Assembly: GCF_009914755.1 (NCBI RefSeq) | Contig: NC_060947.1 | Direction: 5' to 3' (one strand) | DNA length: 64,000 nt | Origin: the human T2T-CHM13v2.0 reference genome, Homo sapiens | Part shown: positions 1 through 28,026 of the stretch, in pieces | Numbering within the stretch: position 1 is the first letter of the stretch | How the letters are laid out: each line of letters opens with the position of its first letter | The notes under the pieces: model-generated | Told to the model about the DNA's origin: nothing | The model's input: only the letters and a program-made list of their open reading frames with translations | Databases searched by the model: none | Program-made: the position numbers and the translations under genes

Positions 1-1762
1 GCAAAAAAAATGAAATATTTAGGAATGTACCTAAACCAACACGTGAAAGATCTCTACAAGGAAAACTGCAAAACACTGCTGAAAGAAATCATAGATGACA
101 CAAACAAATGGAAACACATCCCATGCTCATGGATGGTTAGAATCAATATTTTGAAAATGAACACAGCACCAAAAACACTTGACAAATTCAATGCAATTAC
201 CATCAAAATACCATCATCATTCTTCAAAGAACTAGAAAAAACAATTCTAACATTCATACGGAACCAAAAGAGATGCCACATAGCCAAAGCAAGACTAAGC
301 AAAAAGAACAAATCTGTAGGCATTATATTAACCAATGTCAAACTATACTACAAGACTATAGTTACCAAAACAGCATGCTACTGGTATAAAAATAGGCACA
401 TAGATCAATGGAACAGAATAGAGAAGCCAGAAATAAAGCCAAATATTTGCAGCTAACTGATCTTTGACAAAGCAAACGAAAACATAAAGTGGGAAAAACA
501 TACCCTACTCAACAAATGGTGCTGGTATAATTGGCAAGCCACACGTAGAAGAGTGAAGCTGGATCTTCATCTCTCACCTTACAGAAAAATCAACTCAACA
601 TGGATGAAAGACTTAAATCTCAGACCTAAAAACACAAAAATTACAGAAGATAGCATAGAAAACACTCTTCTAAACACTGGCTTAGGAAAAGACTTCATGA
701 CCAATAACCCAAAAGTAAATGCAAAAAAAAAAAGATAAATAGATGGGATTTAATTAAATTAAAAAGCTTCTGCACAGAAAAAGAAATAATCAGCAGAGTT
801 AGCAGACAACCTACAGAGTGAAAGAAAATATTCACAAACGATGCATCTGACAAAAGACTAACATCTAGATTCTACAAGGAAATCATACAAATCAGAAAGA
901 ACACAAACAAATGAACCCATCGATAAGTGGGCAAAGGACATGAATGGTCAGTTCTCAAAAGAAGATATACAAATGGTCAACAAACATAAGAAAAAAATGC
1001 TCAACATCACTAATTATCAGGGAAATCCAAATCAAAACCACAATGAGATATGACCTTACTCCTGCAAAAATGATCATAATTAAAAAATCAATAAATAACA
1101 CATGTTGGCATAGATGTGGTGAGAAGGGAACACTTTTACACTGCTGGTGGGAATGTAAACTAGTACAACCACTATGGAAAACAGTATGGAAATTCCTTAA
1201 AGAACTAAAAGTAGAATCACCATTTGATCCAGCAATCCCACTACTAGGTATCTACCCAGAGGAGAAAAAAAGTCGTTATACAAAAATACACTTGTACAGG
1301 CATATTTATAGCAGCAAAATTCACAATTGCAAAAATATAGAACCAGCCTAAATGCTCATCAAGCAACAAATGAATAAAGGAAATATGGTATGTATACACC
1401 ATGCAATACTATTCAACCATAAAAAGGAATGAAATAATGACATTTGCAGTAACCTGGATGGAGATGGAGACCATTATTGTAAGTGAAGTAACTTGGGAAT
1501 GGAAAACCAAACATTGTATGTCCTGAGTTATAAGCTAAACTATGAGGGTACAAAGACATAAGACTATTATAGTGGACTTTGGGGACTCAGGGGGAAGTAA
1601 GGAGGTGGTTAGTGATAAAAGACTACACAATGGGTACAGTGTTTACTGCTTGGGTAATAGGTGAACCAAAATCTCAGAAATCACCACTAAAGAACTCTTC
1701 CATGCAACCAAGCACCACCTGTTTCCCCAAAACTATTGAAATAAAATTTAAAAATTAAAAAA
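1..1762 (+). mobile_element. LINE-1 (L1PB-type) ORF2 3' part and 3' UTR with A-rich tail
   Basis: ORFs 10-456, 553-738 and 944-1351 are broken L1 ORF2 C-terminus ([14 protein letters not shown]); L1PB-type 3' end CACCTGTTTCCCCAAAACTATTGAAATAAA. Confidence 0.93.
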
Positions 1763-1999
1763 ACTGTCATCACAAAGGTTAAAGAAGAATATAATTTCTC
1801 CCTAAAAATTGTCTTAGCTGTCTATTAAGACACTAACTTTATATTTATTTGTCTACTTACTAATTGTTTCCCCAATGAGATGGTAAGCTCCATGAGGACA
1901 GGTGTCTGCTTTCTGGCTGCATCTTTCACCTGCAGTTTAGCAGAGTGTCATGGTATTGCTTTGGAAACTTTAAATAAATATTGGTTAAAATAATGAAAA

Positions 2000-7205
<5,206 letters not shown>

Positions 7206-7520
7206 ACACACACCCACACATATGAATCAACACATACGAACAATATACGAATAAATACATAAAAGCAAGTTGATTTGCAGAGGGAGCCAGATAATATATT
7301 CACATTTATATAAAATGTAAAAACATAAGAATAAATGTTATGTATATTTTTGTTGATGTAATAAACAAAAATTTATCTTCCCACCCATATCTTCATATGT
7401 AATAAGCAGGTAAATAAATAAATTCAAAATAGTTTCTTTTGAGGGAGGGTATAGAGAGTATGGATAATGAAATCATGAAACATTGCCTAGGTACTTTAAA
7501 GAGCACTGGTGATGCTTATG

Positions 7521-7830
7521 GGCTGAGCACTGTGGCTCACGCCTGTAATCCCAGCATTTTGGGAGGCCAAGGCGGGCAGATCACTTGAGGTCAGGAGTTC
7601 AAGACCAGCCTGGCCAACATGGCGAAACCCCGACTCTACTAAAAATAGAAAAACAAATTAGCCAGGCCTTGTGGTGTGTGCCTGTAATCCCAGCTACTCA
7701 GGAGGCTGTGGGAGGAGAATTGCTTGAACGCAGGAGGCAGAGGTTGCAGTGAGCCGAGATTGTGTCACTGCACTCCAGCCTGGGCAACAGAGCAAGACTC
7801 CATCTCAAAACAAAACAAAACAAACAAACA
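7521..7830 (+). mobile_element. AluS (Sx/Sz-like)
   Basis: Dimeric Alu, (AAAAC)n tail, TSD-like ACTGGTGATGCTT on both sides. Confidence 0.95.
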
Positions 7831-8049
7831 GTACTGGTGATGCTTTATTTCTTAATCTGGTTAGTGGGTACAGAGGTTTTTGTTATATCTTTGAATTCCT
7901 TTTTTGTACACGTGAAGTAGTTCATAAAAGTTAGAGCCTTCTCTGCAATTAAGATCTTTCTCTGAGATTTACATGGGCTGCAAATATTCTTACACTCAGA
8001 GTTTTCTGAAATGATCTTAGGCACACTTCTTCCCCAGATCTCCTTGTCT

Positions 8050-9780
<1,731 letters not shown>

Positions 9781-10360
9781 CTCCATTATTTAGTTAAGTA
9801 ATTTGCTTTTTCTTCAAATTGGTTAATTGAGGAAAGTTTTTAAAGAAGTGTTTTTGATATTTTGGACACAGAGCCCCAAGACTTTTTTAAAAATGTGTAT
9901 GTTTGTGTGGTAGTGGTGAGGATGGGACATAATGATGCAATATACATTGGTAATATTGTATGATGCCAAAACGCTATTTGCTAAAGCTATTTTGGAGCAA
10001 GCAAAAGTTAAATATAGCCTCCTTGTGGATAACATGTAAATAGCTGATGGTGGCTTTCATTGTAAGGTAGGGAGGGAGCAGTGGTGAGAGAGCAGAGGAA
10101 GAAAGCCTACAGTAAACACTTGTTTTTGTTTTCACTTTACAAATTTCCACAGCAGCTACTCTTGTCTTATTTGTGTTTTCTGACTGTAAGAGAAAAGTTT
10201 GAATTGCATTCTCTTTGTCTGGCTTCTAACAGAGAATGTTCATGATCAGCCCTTCATTAACAAAGAAAATAAAGAGACAAAAGCTGTCTCATGAACTGAA
10301 AGAGAAAAGTTGAAATACAACAGCAATGAAGCCAGGTGATTAAGAGAAATTAACACATAC

Positions 10361-10604
10361 TCTTGTGAAAAAACAAAAGAGGTTCAGAAGTGGAAAACTG
10401 GTTAGAATTTATTTCTACTGTGGTATATTTAGCTGGTTCTAGGCTGTTACTGATTGTGGATGCATCACTTTCAATACATCAGTTTACAAATAAATTTCCC
10501 CAATACTGATCTAAATAGCTCATTACCTTTTATTCCTTTTTTGCTTGAATGTAAGACAGTGCATCACATTTCTGTAATATTATGCAGCAAAACAACACCA
10601 AATC
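10361..10604 (-). pseudogene. Pseudo-exon: pentraxin C-terminal half plus Ser/Thr-rich linker
   Basis: Acceptor gatttttag|GA, donor AGA|gtatgt. Reads GFGVVLLHNITEM*CTVLHSSKKGIKGN (cf. pentraxin NVNMWDFVL...GN), then after a frame change CIESDASTISNSLEPAKYTTVEINS. Confidence 0.65.
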
Positions 10605-10731
10605 CTAAAAATCAACTATCAGCAGGGACAGCAGTGGGCTAGATAGATACTTCACACTAATTCCATTCCTGAATCATCAATCAAGTAGATGCATCAAAGA
10701 GCAGCTGGCTACCACCTCAAAATGGACTTAC

Positions 10732-11014
10732 CTGCAAATGTAAGATCTCCAGCTTTCTTTGTTCTCCCTACTGGAAACATGATGGTGTGCATTTTGGTTT
10801 GGCTCTGTTTTGTCTGACTTTACATAATGACAAATAGGTATAAAAAAAGTGACGGAAAGGCCCAGTGTTAATAATGATTGGTTCCATTAATGCTCAGGGA
10901 GAACTTCTGTCTTTCAAGACCACTGATTCAGTCATTATTTTATAAAACATGTTTGTATCAACGAACAAGTGTCAGGAAAATTAGTGTGGAGGCTTTTGCA
11001 TGTGTGACATATAT
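10732..11014 (-). pseudogene. Pseudo-exon: pentraxin N-terminal part
   Basis: Consensus donor CAG|gtaagt; poly-T tract followed by ctg| (AG apparently lost). Reads DICHTCKSLHTNFPDTCSLIQTCF.. / ..GLERQKFSLSINGTNHY*HWAFP..GDLTFAG; phase 1 joins the next exon. Confidence 0.6.
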
Positions 11015-11389
11015 CAGTAAAAAAAAAAAAAGAATTGTAAATCAAAGAGTCAGGGCTTCCATTGGACTTCACATTATTGAAACACAGAAGTTGCAATGAT
11101 TGAGATAAACAATGTGAAAATTAGAGAAGGCTGAATTTGGACCTACTCAAGCTCTCTCAATAACAGCACTTAAGAGGATTTAATAACAACTATTTATGTT
11201 ATAACTCGGATTCTCACTCCTGCTTCTTTGTTTACTTTCTGTTACTTGCTCTTTGTCTTTTTATTGTTAAATTTCCTTTAACTGTCTTATGCCTTTCTTC
11301 TTGGCATTTATAGTCAATTTAATTCCTCCCCCTAGAGTGCTTAGACTTCCAAGTCTCCAGGATTAAATGTTAAATTCTGATGAAGAAGT

Positions 11390-11560
11390 AGCTTAAAGTG
11401 ATGGAAAGAATATGAACTTTGCAGACACACTGGTTAGGGTTTTATTCCTGACTCTACCACTTAGTGATGGAATAATCCTGGGAGGAGTATCGGGAGGTGT
11501 TCTTTAACTTCATTGAGCCTCAGTGCCTTCATCGTTGTATTGGAGATAATGACACCTATC
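11390..11560 (+). mobile_element. MIR fragment
   Basis: TGACTCTACCACTTAG...CTTTAACTTCATTGAGCCTCAGTGCCTTCATC core-like sequence. Confidence 0.6.
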
Positions 11561-13277
11561 TTAGCTCTCATTATCATACCTCTATGCATAATCTCAGCCT
11601 GACCTCTCTTCTGGAATGTCCTTCCTCTATATCTGCATTTAACTAACCCCTACTCACCTACATTTCAAGTCTCATTCAAGCAAGTACCCCTCAAGAAGAC
11701 CTTCTGATAGCCCACATATTGGAATGCTTCCACAGTAACATTTGCCATGTTTTTATCTTAGCACTTAATATAGCATATCGGAATTATATACACATGTGTG
11801 TTTCTCACTGGACCAAGGGTTACATGAAGATAAAATTCATGTCATCTTACTCTTGGGACCCCAGCATCCACTACAATGTCTGCTCTTGGGGAACTACTTA
11901 ATAAGTAAATGTTTATAAAATTCCATTATCTTTCAAACTATGATTAATATTGAAGATTAAATTGCACATTTCATATAAAACATCTTGTGTGACTGTCACA
12001 TAGTTGGTTGTTAGGTCTGTTTAATCTAATTTAAAAAATCATAATGGGAACTCAATGACAAGGTATGATTTCTATAGACTGTTTTTATTTATTGGATTCA
12101 TGTTAGTTATAGAGTAGATGGCCGTGAGGCTTAAGTCAAGTTCTGCTGCCTCAGGGCAAATAAGCAAAGGCCATTGCTTAGCACTCCTGCTTAGTGCTTA
12201 ATGGGTACAAATTAATTATCTGCTGAATGAATGAAAGAATAAAATTCCATTTCCCTGTGAAGGTCTATTTTTTTCTTCTGGGCATATTTAGATTCTTTCT
12301 TCTTTGCAGTTTCATATAACATTTTTCATATTTTATTACAGTGCTTTACATGCTATAGATGTTCATTTTTTTTTCTACCAAACTATGAGGTATTCCTAAA
12401 CAGGTGTTATTCCCTGTCTCATTTATTCTCAATACCTAGCAGTGTCTGCTAGAATAGATAGTCAATAAACATATATAGAACTTGAATTTATAAATGTTAA
12501 CTGCATTAGTATTCAAAAAAATGCCCTTCTGGTTCTTTCCATCATTCAATATGCTAAAACTCTAGCAAGTCAAACTTTCTTAGGAGGTTTTAAAAATCAA
12601 CCACTGAGCTGTTGCCACCTAATTTATTCCACGAATTGCTCGTTAGATATTTAAAATAAATACCTAGGTAAATGTCAGTTTGAATATCAAAAATTTCAAA
12701 CCAGTGGAGGAGTGTGGCAATAAATATTTCCCATAGGTAGTGAGCCATCTATTGTAGATCTCCACCTGATAATACTTGACTTGGGCTGATATTTACATAC
12801 AGTGTTCCCACTTAATCATGCTTGTTAGGGGGAGTTGTAACTCACTGCAGTTTAGGCATGTGTTCTGTGATAGAAGAGACTCAACCTGGTAAGTAAACTT
12901 CTATTGATGATACATCATGTGGGCAACTTTTGATGAATAGCTTCTATTTAAAAGTTTTAAGTTTGAGAAGAGAGAAAAAGCTCCATTGATGGCTTTTAGT
13001 TTCCAGTAACTATTTCAAAGGATATTCCTCGGACAGACATATCCAGGTGTTTTTGAAGAGCTCTTCTGCATGCACAATTCATTCTGATATTTTCCAAAAA
13101 TCTGTGTCTATTATCAGTAGAAATTAAGATAAATGAGGTTTCTTGGAGATCATCTGGAATTGAATAAGAGTGCTCAAGTACAGCCAATTTTGGAGTGGAT
13201 TCACTTAAAGCTAATAGGAAGGCTGGACATGTAAAACCATTTCCATTGTTGCTTTTGAGAGAGAACACTGGTCTTAC

Positions 13278-13477
13278 CAGCATAGTGGCACCAATTTGAA
13301 AGCCTTCCATTTAATGTGACAACATGGAAAATTATAAAGATTTTCATTATGATTACACAGCGCGTGAATTTATATTTGATGTGGTTATAAATGAATAATA
13401 TAATCATCATACAAACTAGTTGAAATCCAGATAAGCAAAATACATTGACATAACAGTGAAAGAATTGACATTATTCT
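13278..13477 (-). pseudogene. Pseudo-exon: CUB-like domain body
   Basis: Acceptor ctttattctccag|, donor CTG|gtaaga. Reads ENNVNSFTVMSMYFAYLDFN / LYDDYII / IFIIFHVVTL / EGFQI / HYA across frameshifts (CUB pattern LxFxxxD..DY..IxF..GF..Y). Confidence 0.58.
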
Positions 13478-13522
13478 CTGGAGAATAAAGTGATAAACAA
13501 AAGGTTCAAGAAAGAAAATGGA

Positions 13523-19731
<6,209 letters not shown>

Positions 19732-20553
19732 TATATGTGTTTGTTTTTCTGGTCCAGACCTAGGACATGTTCTACAATGGTGTTTCTAAACCTTTTTGTT
19801 TATTTATTCATTACCACCCTCGTAAGGAGACTTTTTGTACTTGTTTTTGTTTCTAATAACCTCCCCATTGAATTTTAAAACTAAAGATGTACCAAATGTC
19901 TGTTTTTATGCTGTACGTATCTGTGCCTTCAAATAGCCCCTGTTGAGAAATAATGTTATGAAAGTTAAATGGCTCATTAGAACATAAATAATCACTGTGT
20001 GTTGCTCTTTCTTTTACCTTTGCTTTCCATTCCTGATACCAGCCCACAAGTTCTGTTCTCTATTATTTTATAATATAAAGATGAGTGTGATTTTCTCATG
20101 GGTATTATTTGGATACCCTATGTTCCACTCTGACCCTGCAACTAATTGCCAGCGTGACCTTTCACAAGGCAAGCAAGATTTTGGTGGTGCCATTTATTTA
20201 TTTTGTCAAAAGGGCACAATGTTGTAAGGTAAAACTTGGTTATAATAGAGAAAAATAATTTGACGTACTTAAAGTCCTGCCTGATGGAAGAAAGAAAAAT
20301 TATTTATAATGTGAAAAAGATAAATGTGAAAAAAGAAGTTTCTATTTCAGAAGCAGGGATTTAGAGATAAAATAAAAGATGTTTGAATTATGTCAAATGT
20401 TTTTTAATGGTATTGGCAGTTCTCATTTGAATTTTCTGGTGATTCATTATGTTGGAGCGGAGGCCAAGGACAGCACCTGTGATCGTAAAATAACTGAATT
20501 TGTAATCAATCAAAATTCATGGGATCTTGGGCTGCTTTTTGGTATATTATTAC

Positions 20554-20667
20554 CTCCTGGCCATTGAGACAAATATGCTATCTTAAATATTCTTTCCAGA
20601 GCCATTATACCTTGTGTTTATGTTACAAAACAAGGCAGAAGCCATGGTGCTATTATCAACCATTACC
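20554..20667 (-). pseudogene. Pseudo-exon: start of a CUB-like domain
   Basis: Acceptor tatgtctag|, donor GAG|gtaata. Reads VMVDNSTMASALFCNINTRYNGSG / IFKIAYLSQWPG; the phase-1 end joins 13477 as WPG-ENNVN. Confidence 0.55.
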
Positions 20668-21481
20668 CTAGACATAGTATACGCTAATTGTTTGGTATAT
20701 ATTTCCAGCACATGACATTTATGAGGTTCTTTGCAAGATTTCAACTAAATAAATTTTACTAGCTTCTTGCATCCTGAGTACTGTTGTTAAAATTTGAGCT
20801 TCGTTCAAGTATGGGCCAAATTCCAGTATGTGTGATTTAACTTTTATTTACCAAAACTTCAACTTAACAGTTTGAAATTTCCACAAGGCAAAAACACACG
20901 AATGATGGCTTTTGGCACTATATTCTACCAAGATTTATTGAACGATTAAAAATATGGAGTCCAAAGTGTATCTGAAAAATCAGATTGGAGTTTCTTAATA
21001 TTATGCTTTTAGAATTAAAATTTATGTTTTATATACATATTTGTTTTAAAAATGTTGCTTCTTTCATTTTGCCACAAGTCTTTGCTCACCATTTGAAAAC
21101 TTCTCTGCTATTATGTTTCAGGACAATTTTGACCGTTGTGAGATTATGTTTTCCCTGATGAACTAAGCAGTATGGTTTCGGAGAAGCTAGAACTCATGGT
21201 GTAAGTAAAATATTTCAACTTTATTTTGCACTCAGGACACCAACAAAGCTATTATGTTCTCAAATAGAAAATGAGAAAATAATGTCATTGTTTGGCTGAA
21301 AATATCACATATATTACACTTGAATTGATGGACATAGTATGGAATTATCTTTATCATGGTTCAGTAGTGTCAAAGGAGGGAAACTAGGCTTGAAGGGTGT
21401 TAGACAAAAATTTCTAAGCACATAGAGAGAAAAATACATCCCCAGAAAATTTAAACTGAGGTTTCATTTACAAAATACTAC

Positions 21482-21859
21482 CATTTGCAAATGAATCACA
21501 TATTTGAGCCCCAGACACTTGATTTATCTTCATCTCTATTTCTGGAAAGCAACTGATGAGCTAAAGAAAAATTGGTCTTGGTTCCAAGATCCAAAGGAGT
21601 TATGGATTCAGGCTTCAGGTAAAGCCTTTCTACAAATCCCTGCCTGAGAGATATCGCCTTCCTTCTATCGTTGATCATTGTTTTCTGAATGCAAAGCACT
21701 AATACAACTGAAATAGGTAACCTCCAAAGCCTTCTAAGCTATCTGATGCACTGACATGAATGACTTACTCAGATTTCTTCATCAGAGTGTAGAAAGAGCT
21801 TCAAAGTGAAATAACAGATTGCAGAGAAAGATAGGTGAGAGGCTGTGATATTTCACCAA
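21482..21859 (-). pseudogene. Pseudo-exon(s) of uncertain domain identity
   Basis: Acceptor ggtcttcag|, end TG|gtagta in phase with the next exon (FICK-W-VMV); contains the open stretch VVLVLCIQKT...RQGFVERLYLKPESITPL (ORF 21496-21699). Confidence 0.4.
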
Positions 21860-22275
21860 CTGAAGACCGTTTTAAGAAAAATATATCTGTCTTTTAGAAA
21901 ATGATATTCCTAAAGGTGTTCCTTCAATTAATTATGGGCCCATGCCTTTCCTGCCTTCAGTCATTTGTTGATTGTGTGAGAACCCAGATGAATGCTTCCA
22001 AGCAACCCTGGTCCCTCTCCCTTGTTCAGCATCTCTACCATTATAGGTAGCTGTTATAGCACATATTGCAACTATGTTTTTACTTCTGGCTAAGCATGCA
22101 AGCTTAAAGCTCCCCTAAAGTAGTAGTGCATTTTTATTCACCTTTATTTCTGTAACATCTTTCTAAGGCCTGACACTTAATACATGATCAGTTGAATGAA
22201 TGAATGAATAGATAACTGAGTGAATGACTCACCATCTATAATGCTGGAGACTTAATCTTATCTCAGCCCTCTTTT

Positions 22276-24190
<1,915 letters not shown>

Positions 24191-25789
24191 CTATTGTAAT
24201 AGATCAAGTATTTGGCATACAGATGTTTACTGAATGAGCTATAAAATATTAACACAGGCAGATTTATGAAGAGGCCACAATTCTGAGAGATAATTATCTT
24301 TTATAAAACACTTATCCATGAAGGTAAATGGAGAGTATTTCTAACACTGCTACAACTTAAATCTACTCATTCCAAAACTATTTATTGTCCAGCTGTTATG
24401 TGTTCATGATTGTTTTTTTTTTGGGGGGGTGGTGGTGGTTGGGAGTGGGGGCTACAGTAGTGGAAAAAAAAGCCCTATCCACATGGAGTTTATATTCTGG
24501 CAGATAATAATTTAGTTGTGCTTTTTTATTCTGTGTTAAGTACTGTAGTATATACTTCATGTATATTATTTCATTTAATTTCCAAATCTACCTTAGGAAA
24601 TAGATCAGCTTATTGTTCTCATTTTTTCAGGGAGAAAATTAGGGCACAGACAGGTTACACAATCATCTATAATATTTCCAATTTGTTTCCATGGCTTATA
24701 TTTCAGAGACTTTCAGAAATTATAATGGCTGTCACTTTGGCTATGCTGTGGTTGCAAAGTTCCTAGTATGTAAAACAAGAAGGATTCTCTGAGTTGAGAA
24801 TAATAGATCAATATTTTCTTAGCATACATGGTAAAGAAAGCTTTCCACAATGGAAAGAAGCAATATCTGGGAAGACATAATTTCCTAAGCGTATCTAGCT
24901 TTTCATATGAAAAGCTATTGTCATTAAATAGCAAAGTTCAATAATGTGTTATAACTATGTAACACAAATCATGATGTAATAGAAAAAATATAAAAAATTC
25001 ATCATTTAATTTATTAATGTATACCATGTTTCAAATCTAGAATGGTCTTATTTTTAGGTTAACAGATAAAATTGCAGCTTTATTTTAACATATACAATTC
25101 AGACTCTCTGTATCATTTATTTGTCAATTGTTTTTATAGCATGCATTATTCAGTCATATATCTTCTACCTGTCTGTTTGCTGGGACCACACAACTTTAAA
25201 ATTATTAATAAAATCCAAGTTTATTCGTTCTAAAAATATAAAGAAATTTAATTACAAAGTTTGTATAAGGTGACATCAGAAAAAAATTTTTGATTCAAAA
25301 TGTGATAAGAGGATTATGTTACTCCTAAACCAGGGTTACTGTATGATTACCAACTTTTTGCATGTTTGAATTACTAATTTCTCCATAGCAAAATAACCAT
25401 AGAGATGCTTGGTTTTTTTTAGTGTTTTTAAATTTTATTTTAACTTTGTCATTTTATTTGCCTTGTGTCTCTGCACTTCATCCTTTAGTCTTTTGCCTTT
25501 CTCTCTCAAAGAGAATGTACTCCCCTCTGTTTCCCCAATGCACTCTCCTTGCACTTCTGTTAAAGGTCTTATTTTACATTGCCTGGTATTTGAAGATTTA
25601 GTTGTTTACTTGCCTATCTCTCCAGTGAAATTGTAAATTCTCTGAGAAGAAGGGCTACGACTTATTTAATTTCCTATCCTCTTATAGCCTTTAGTACAGT
25701 GATTTTGCACAAAATAGGTGCTAAGAAAATGTCTGACGAATGAATGCTAGTTATTCTATTTTTAAAAATGTAGAGTGTTAAATGGCACC

Positions 25790-25999
25790 AGTAATTTGTC
25801 AGTGTACCATACTGCCTCAAAACATGGAACCCACTTGGTGGAATATGTCAACTCTATTTTTACAAAATCCAGGTGCAAAGATTGTTTCAGAAGAGTTGTA
25901 AATAGTCTCATTAGAAACCCCCAAGCATCTCCCGACTTTAAGGCCATATTATTTCTTCAACATATCCAAAAGACTGGAATTTGGAACCTTTCAATGAAT
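25790..25999 (-). pseudogene. Pseudo-exon, CUB-like
   Basis: Acceptor ctggttttatag|. One frame reads GRCLGVSNETIYNSSETIFAPGF (CUB start C..SG.I.SPGF), another LHLDFVKIEL; donor uncertain. Confidence 0.45.
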
Positions 26000-26059
26000 C
26001 TATAAAACCAGCCTCGTTATAAAGTTGAACCAAAATAGGAGACACTGGCTGCAGGTTGA

Positions 26060-26250
26060 AGGACATGGACTCTGTAGACAGATTCCCTGGGTTCAAATTC
26101 CTTCTCTGCCATTCATTAGCTCTGCAATCTTTACTGACTAGATCTCCTTCCTCATAACATTACCTTAGTGGAAGGATTTTTATGAGGACTAAATGAGATA
26201 ATGCACATAAAGCAATCAGAAAAATTCTTGGCACACAGTGAACATTGCCA
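26060..26250 (+). mobile_element. MIR
   Basis: CTGGGTTCAAATTCCTTCTCTGCCATT...GAGGACTAAATGAGATAATGCACATAAAGC. Confidence 0.75.
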
Positions 26251-26384
26251 TTGCCATTCCCTTACATAGTTTGTATAGATTCCAGATCTCTAAACTTAAG
26301 CTTCTTTGACCCCATTTCTTCAGAACTTCACTTTGCTGCCCAACTTTGCTCAACCCTGCATGTCAAGTATCAATGGTTGTGAAT

Positions 26385-26570
26385 AGGATTTCCAAATAAA
26401 ATACAGAATGCCCAGTTAAATTTGAATTTCAGATTTTAAAAATGCTACTTTTTAATAATAAGAATGCCTTACGCAATATGGGGGCCGTGCTTATACTAAA
26501 AACTCATTTATTGTTTATCTGAAATTTTAATTTAATGAAACACCCTGTATTTTTGTCAAATGTGATAACT
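26385..26570. mobile_element. MER53-like DNA transposon (MITE)
   Basis: AAATAAAATACAGAATGCCCAGTTAAATTTGAATTTCAGA with inverted counterpart TCTGAAATTTTAATTTAA...CCTGTATTTTT. Confidence 0.7.
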
Positions 26571-26589
26571 CTTGTTTAGAAACTGTTAC

Positions 26590-26788
26590 CCATCAACTGC
26601 CGTCCATTGCCTCAAGCCCTCGCAGATGAGCACAGGTTTGCAGAGTCTGCATTTTAATTGCTTTCCCATTCACTCAATTTTAGTAGTAGCAATTAATCAA
26701 GGATCCAACATGGGGACCCAGCCGACAAGGAAAAGCTGGATGGCTTTATTTGAAGTTAATGTGAAGAAGTTTTTCATTTTTGGAAGAC
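26590..26788 (-). pseudogene. Pseudo-exon, CUB-like
   Basis: Acceptor aatatactag|, donor TGG|gtaaca. Reads GLPKMKNFFTLTSNKAIQL / LINCYY*N*VNGKAIKMQTLQTCAHLRGLEAMDG (CUB pattern C....G..I.L...C..LE..DG). Confidence 0.5.
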
Positions 26789-27391
26789 CTAGTATATTTA
26801 ATCAGAACAAGTTCTGTGTCAAATACTAAATCTCCAATTCTGTTATTTTTCTACCCTTAAAATATTTGGGGCAGCTATATAGAGGTTGCCTATCTGAGAA
26901 AATAGGGGTTTACCAGCACACATGCCAATGAAGAATAGCCAAAATCAGTACAAACCATTATTTAGGGACAGGGCTTTTGGTTACATATACAACAATTGAT
27001 ACATATAATTTTTCCTTTTTCCACAGAGTGGTTCTTGATGTGACAAAGAGATTTAGTGTTCCCGAAGTAAAGTACATCTTGGGCTGGGCTCAAAGAAGCA
27101 ATATTAAGTGCATTGAGCAGAACATATCCCTGACCTCATACTTATTTCTGACATTCAAACATTTTACATAAGGAATAGTTTTGAGAGTATTCCATGAGTT
27201 GCCATGAATACTTCACAAATATTGTGCATTTGGAGCACTGACTACGTGATTATCTTTTCAAAGATTATTTAAGACAAATTTTTAAATATATACATTTGTG
27301 TACATGTATACATATATATGTATATGTGTGTGTGTGTATATATATGTATATTTATCATTTAAACTTGATTCAGTTTTGCCTGTTTTTAAAT

Positions 27392-27394
<3 letters not shown>

Positions 27395-27424
<30 letters not shown>
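27395..27424. repeat. (CA)n microsatellite
   Basis: About 15 CA units. Confidence 0.95.
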
Positions 27425-27429
<5 letters not shown>

Positions 27430-28026
27430 GACATATATCCAAAATTAGACAAGCTATTTTGAAGATGCCTTTTTATTTTACATAAAATGAATTATTTCAA
27501 TTGTTACTACTCCAAATAAACAACAGTTTTGAATCAGAGTGTTTTCTGGATATTCCCCTTGTAGCTATTCCACATGGGATACCTGTCTGTCACTTGCTCA
27601 CTTCATCTCTCAAATTGCCTTCTCAAGTAAGTTTTTCCCAATAACACTGTTCTAAGTAGCTAACTCCATCTCTACATTTACCCTTATCATACTGTGTTGT
27701 TTCTTCATATGTATTACCTACTTACTTGATATTATATTGTATTATGTTTTCTAAGTGTTTCCTTTTACTAGAATGTAATGTTGATAAGGACAGGCATTCT
27801 ATTTTGCTCATAGACATGGCCTCAGTGTTTAAAACAGTGCTAAACACATAGTAATCACAAAATAAGTATTTTTGAATGAATACATAAATAAAATAAATAA
27901 TAGTAGCTATTTATGTAATGGTTACAATGTGCTATACACTGTTCAAGATGATTTATATATGGCCGGAGAAACACATAGTTTACTTTTCTTAAATGTGTCT
28001 CCATTTTCCAAGGATGAATCCTGGTT

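Noticed and set aside
10732-10930. ERQKFSLSINGTNHY*HWAF read as an ABCA-transporter segment
   Set aside because: The adjacent in-phase exon has pentraxin-like motifs and no ABC features were found
12996-13310. 104-aa minus-strand ORF as a standalone gene
   Set aside because: It runs through the consensus donor at 13277 into apparent intron; no recognisable protein beyond the first residues
20554-20667. IMALERIFKIAY read as a class A GPCR E/DRY motif
   Set aside because: No transmembrane helices in neighbouring exons; phase links favour a CUB reading; probably chance
21708-21768. GT-AG interval inside the 21.5-21.9 kb block as an intron
   Set aside because: Only 61 nt, shorter than typical mammalian introns; exon structure here left unresolved
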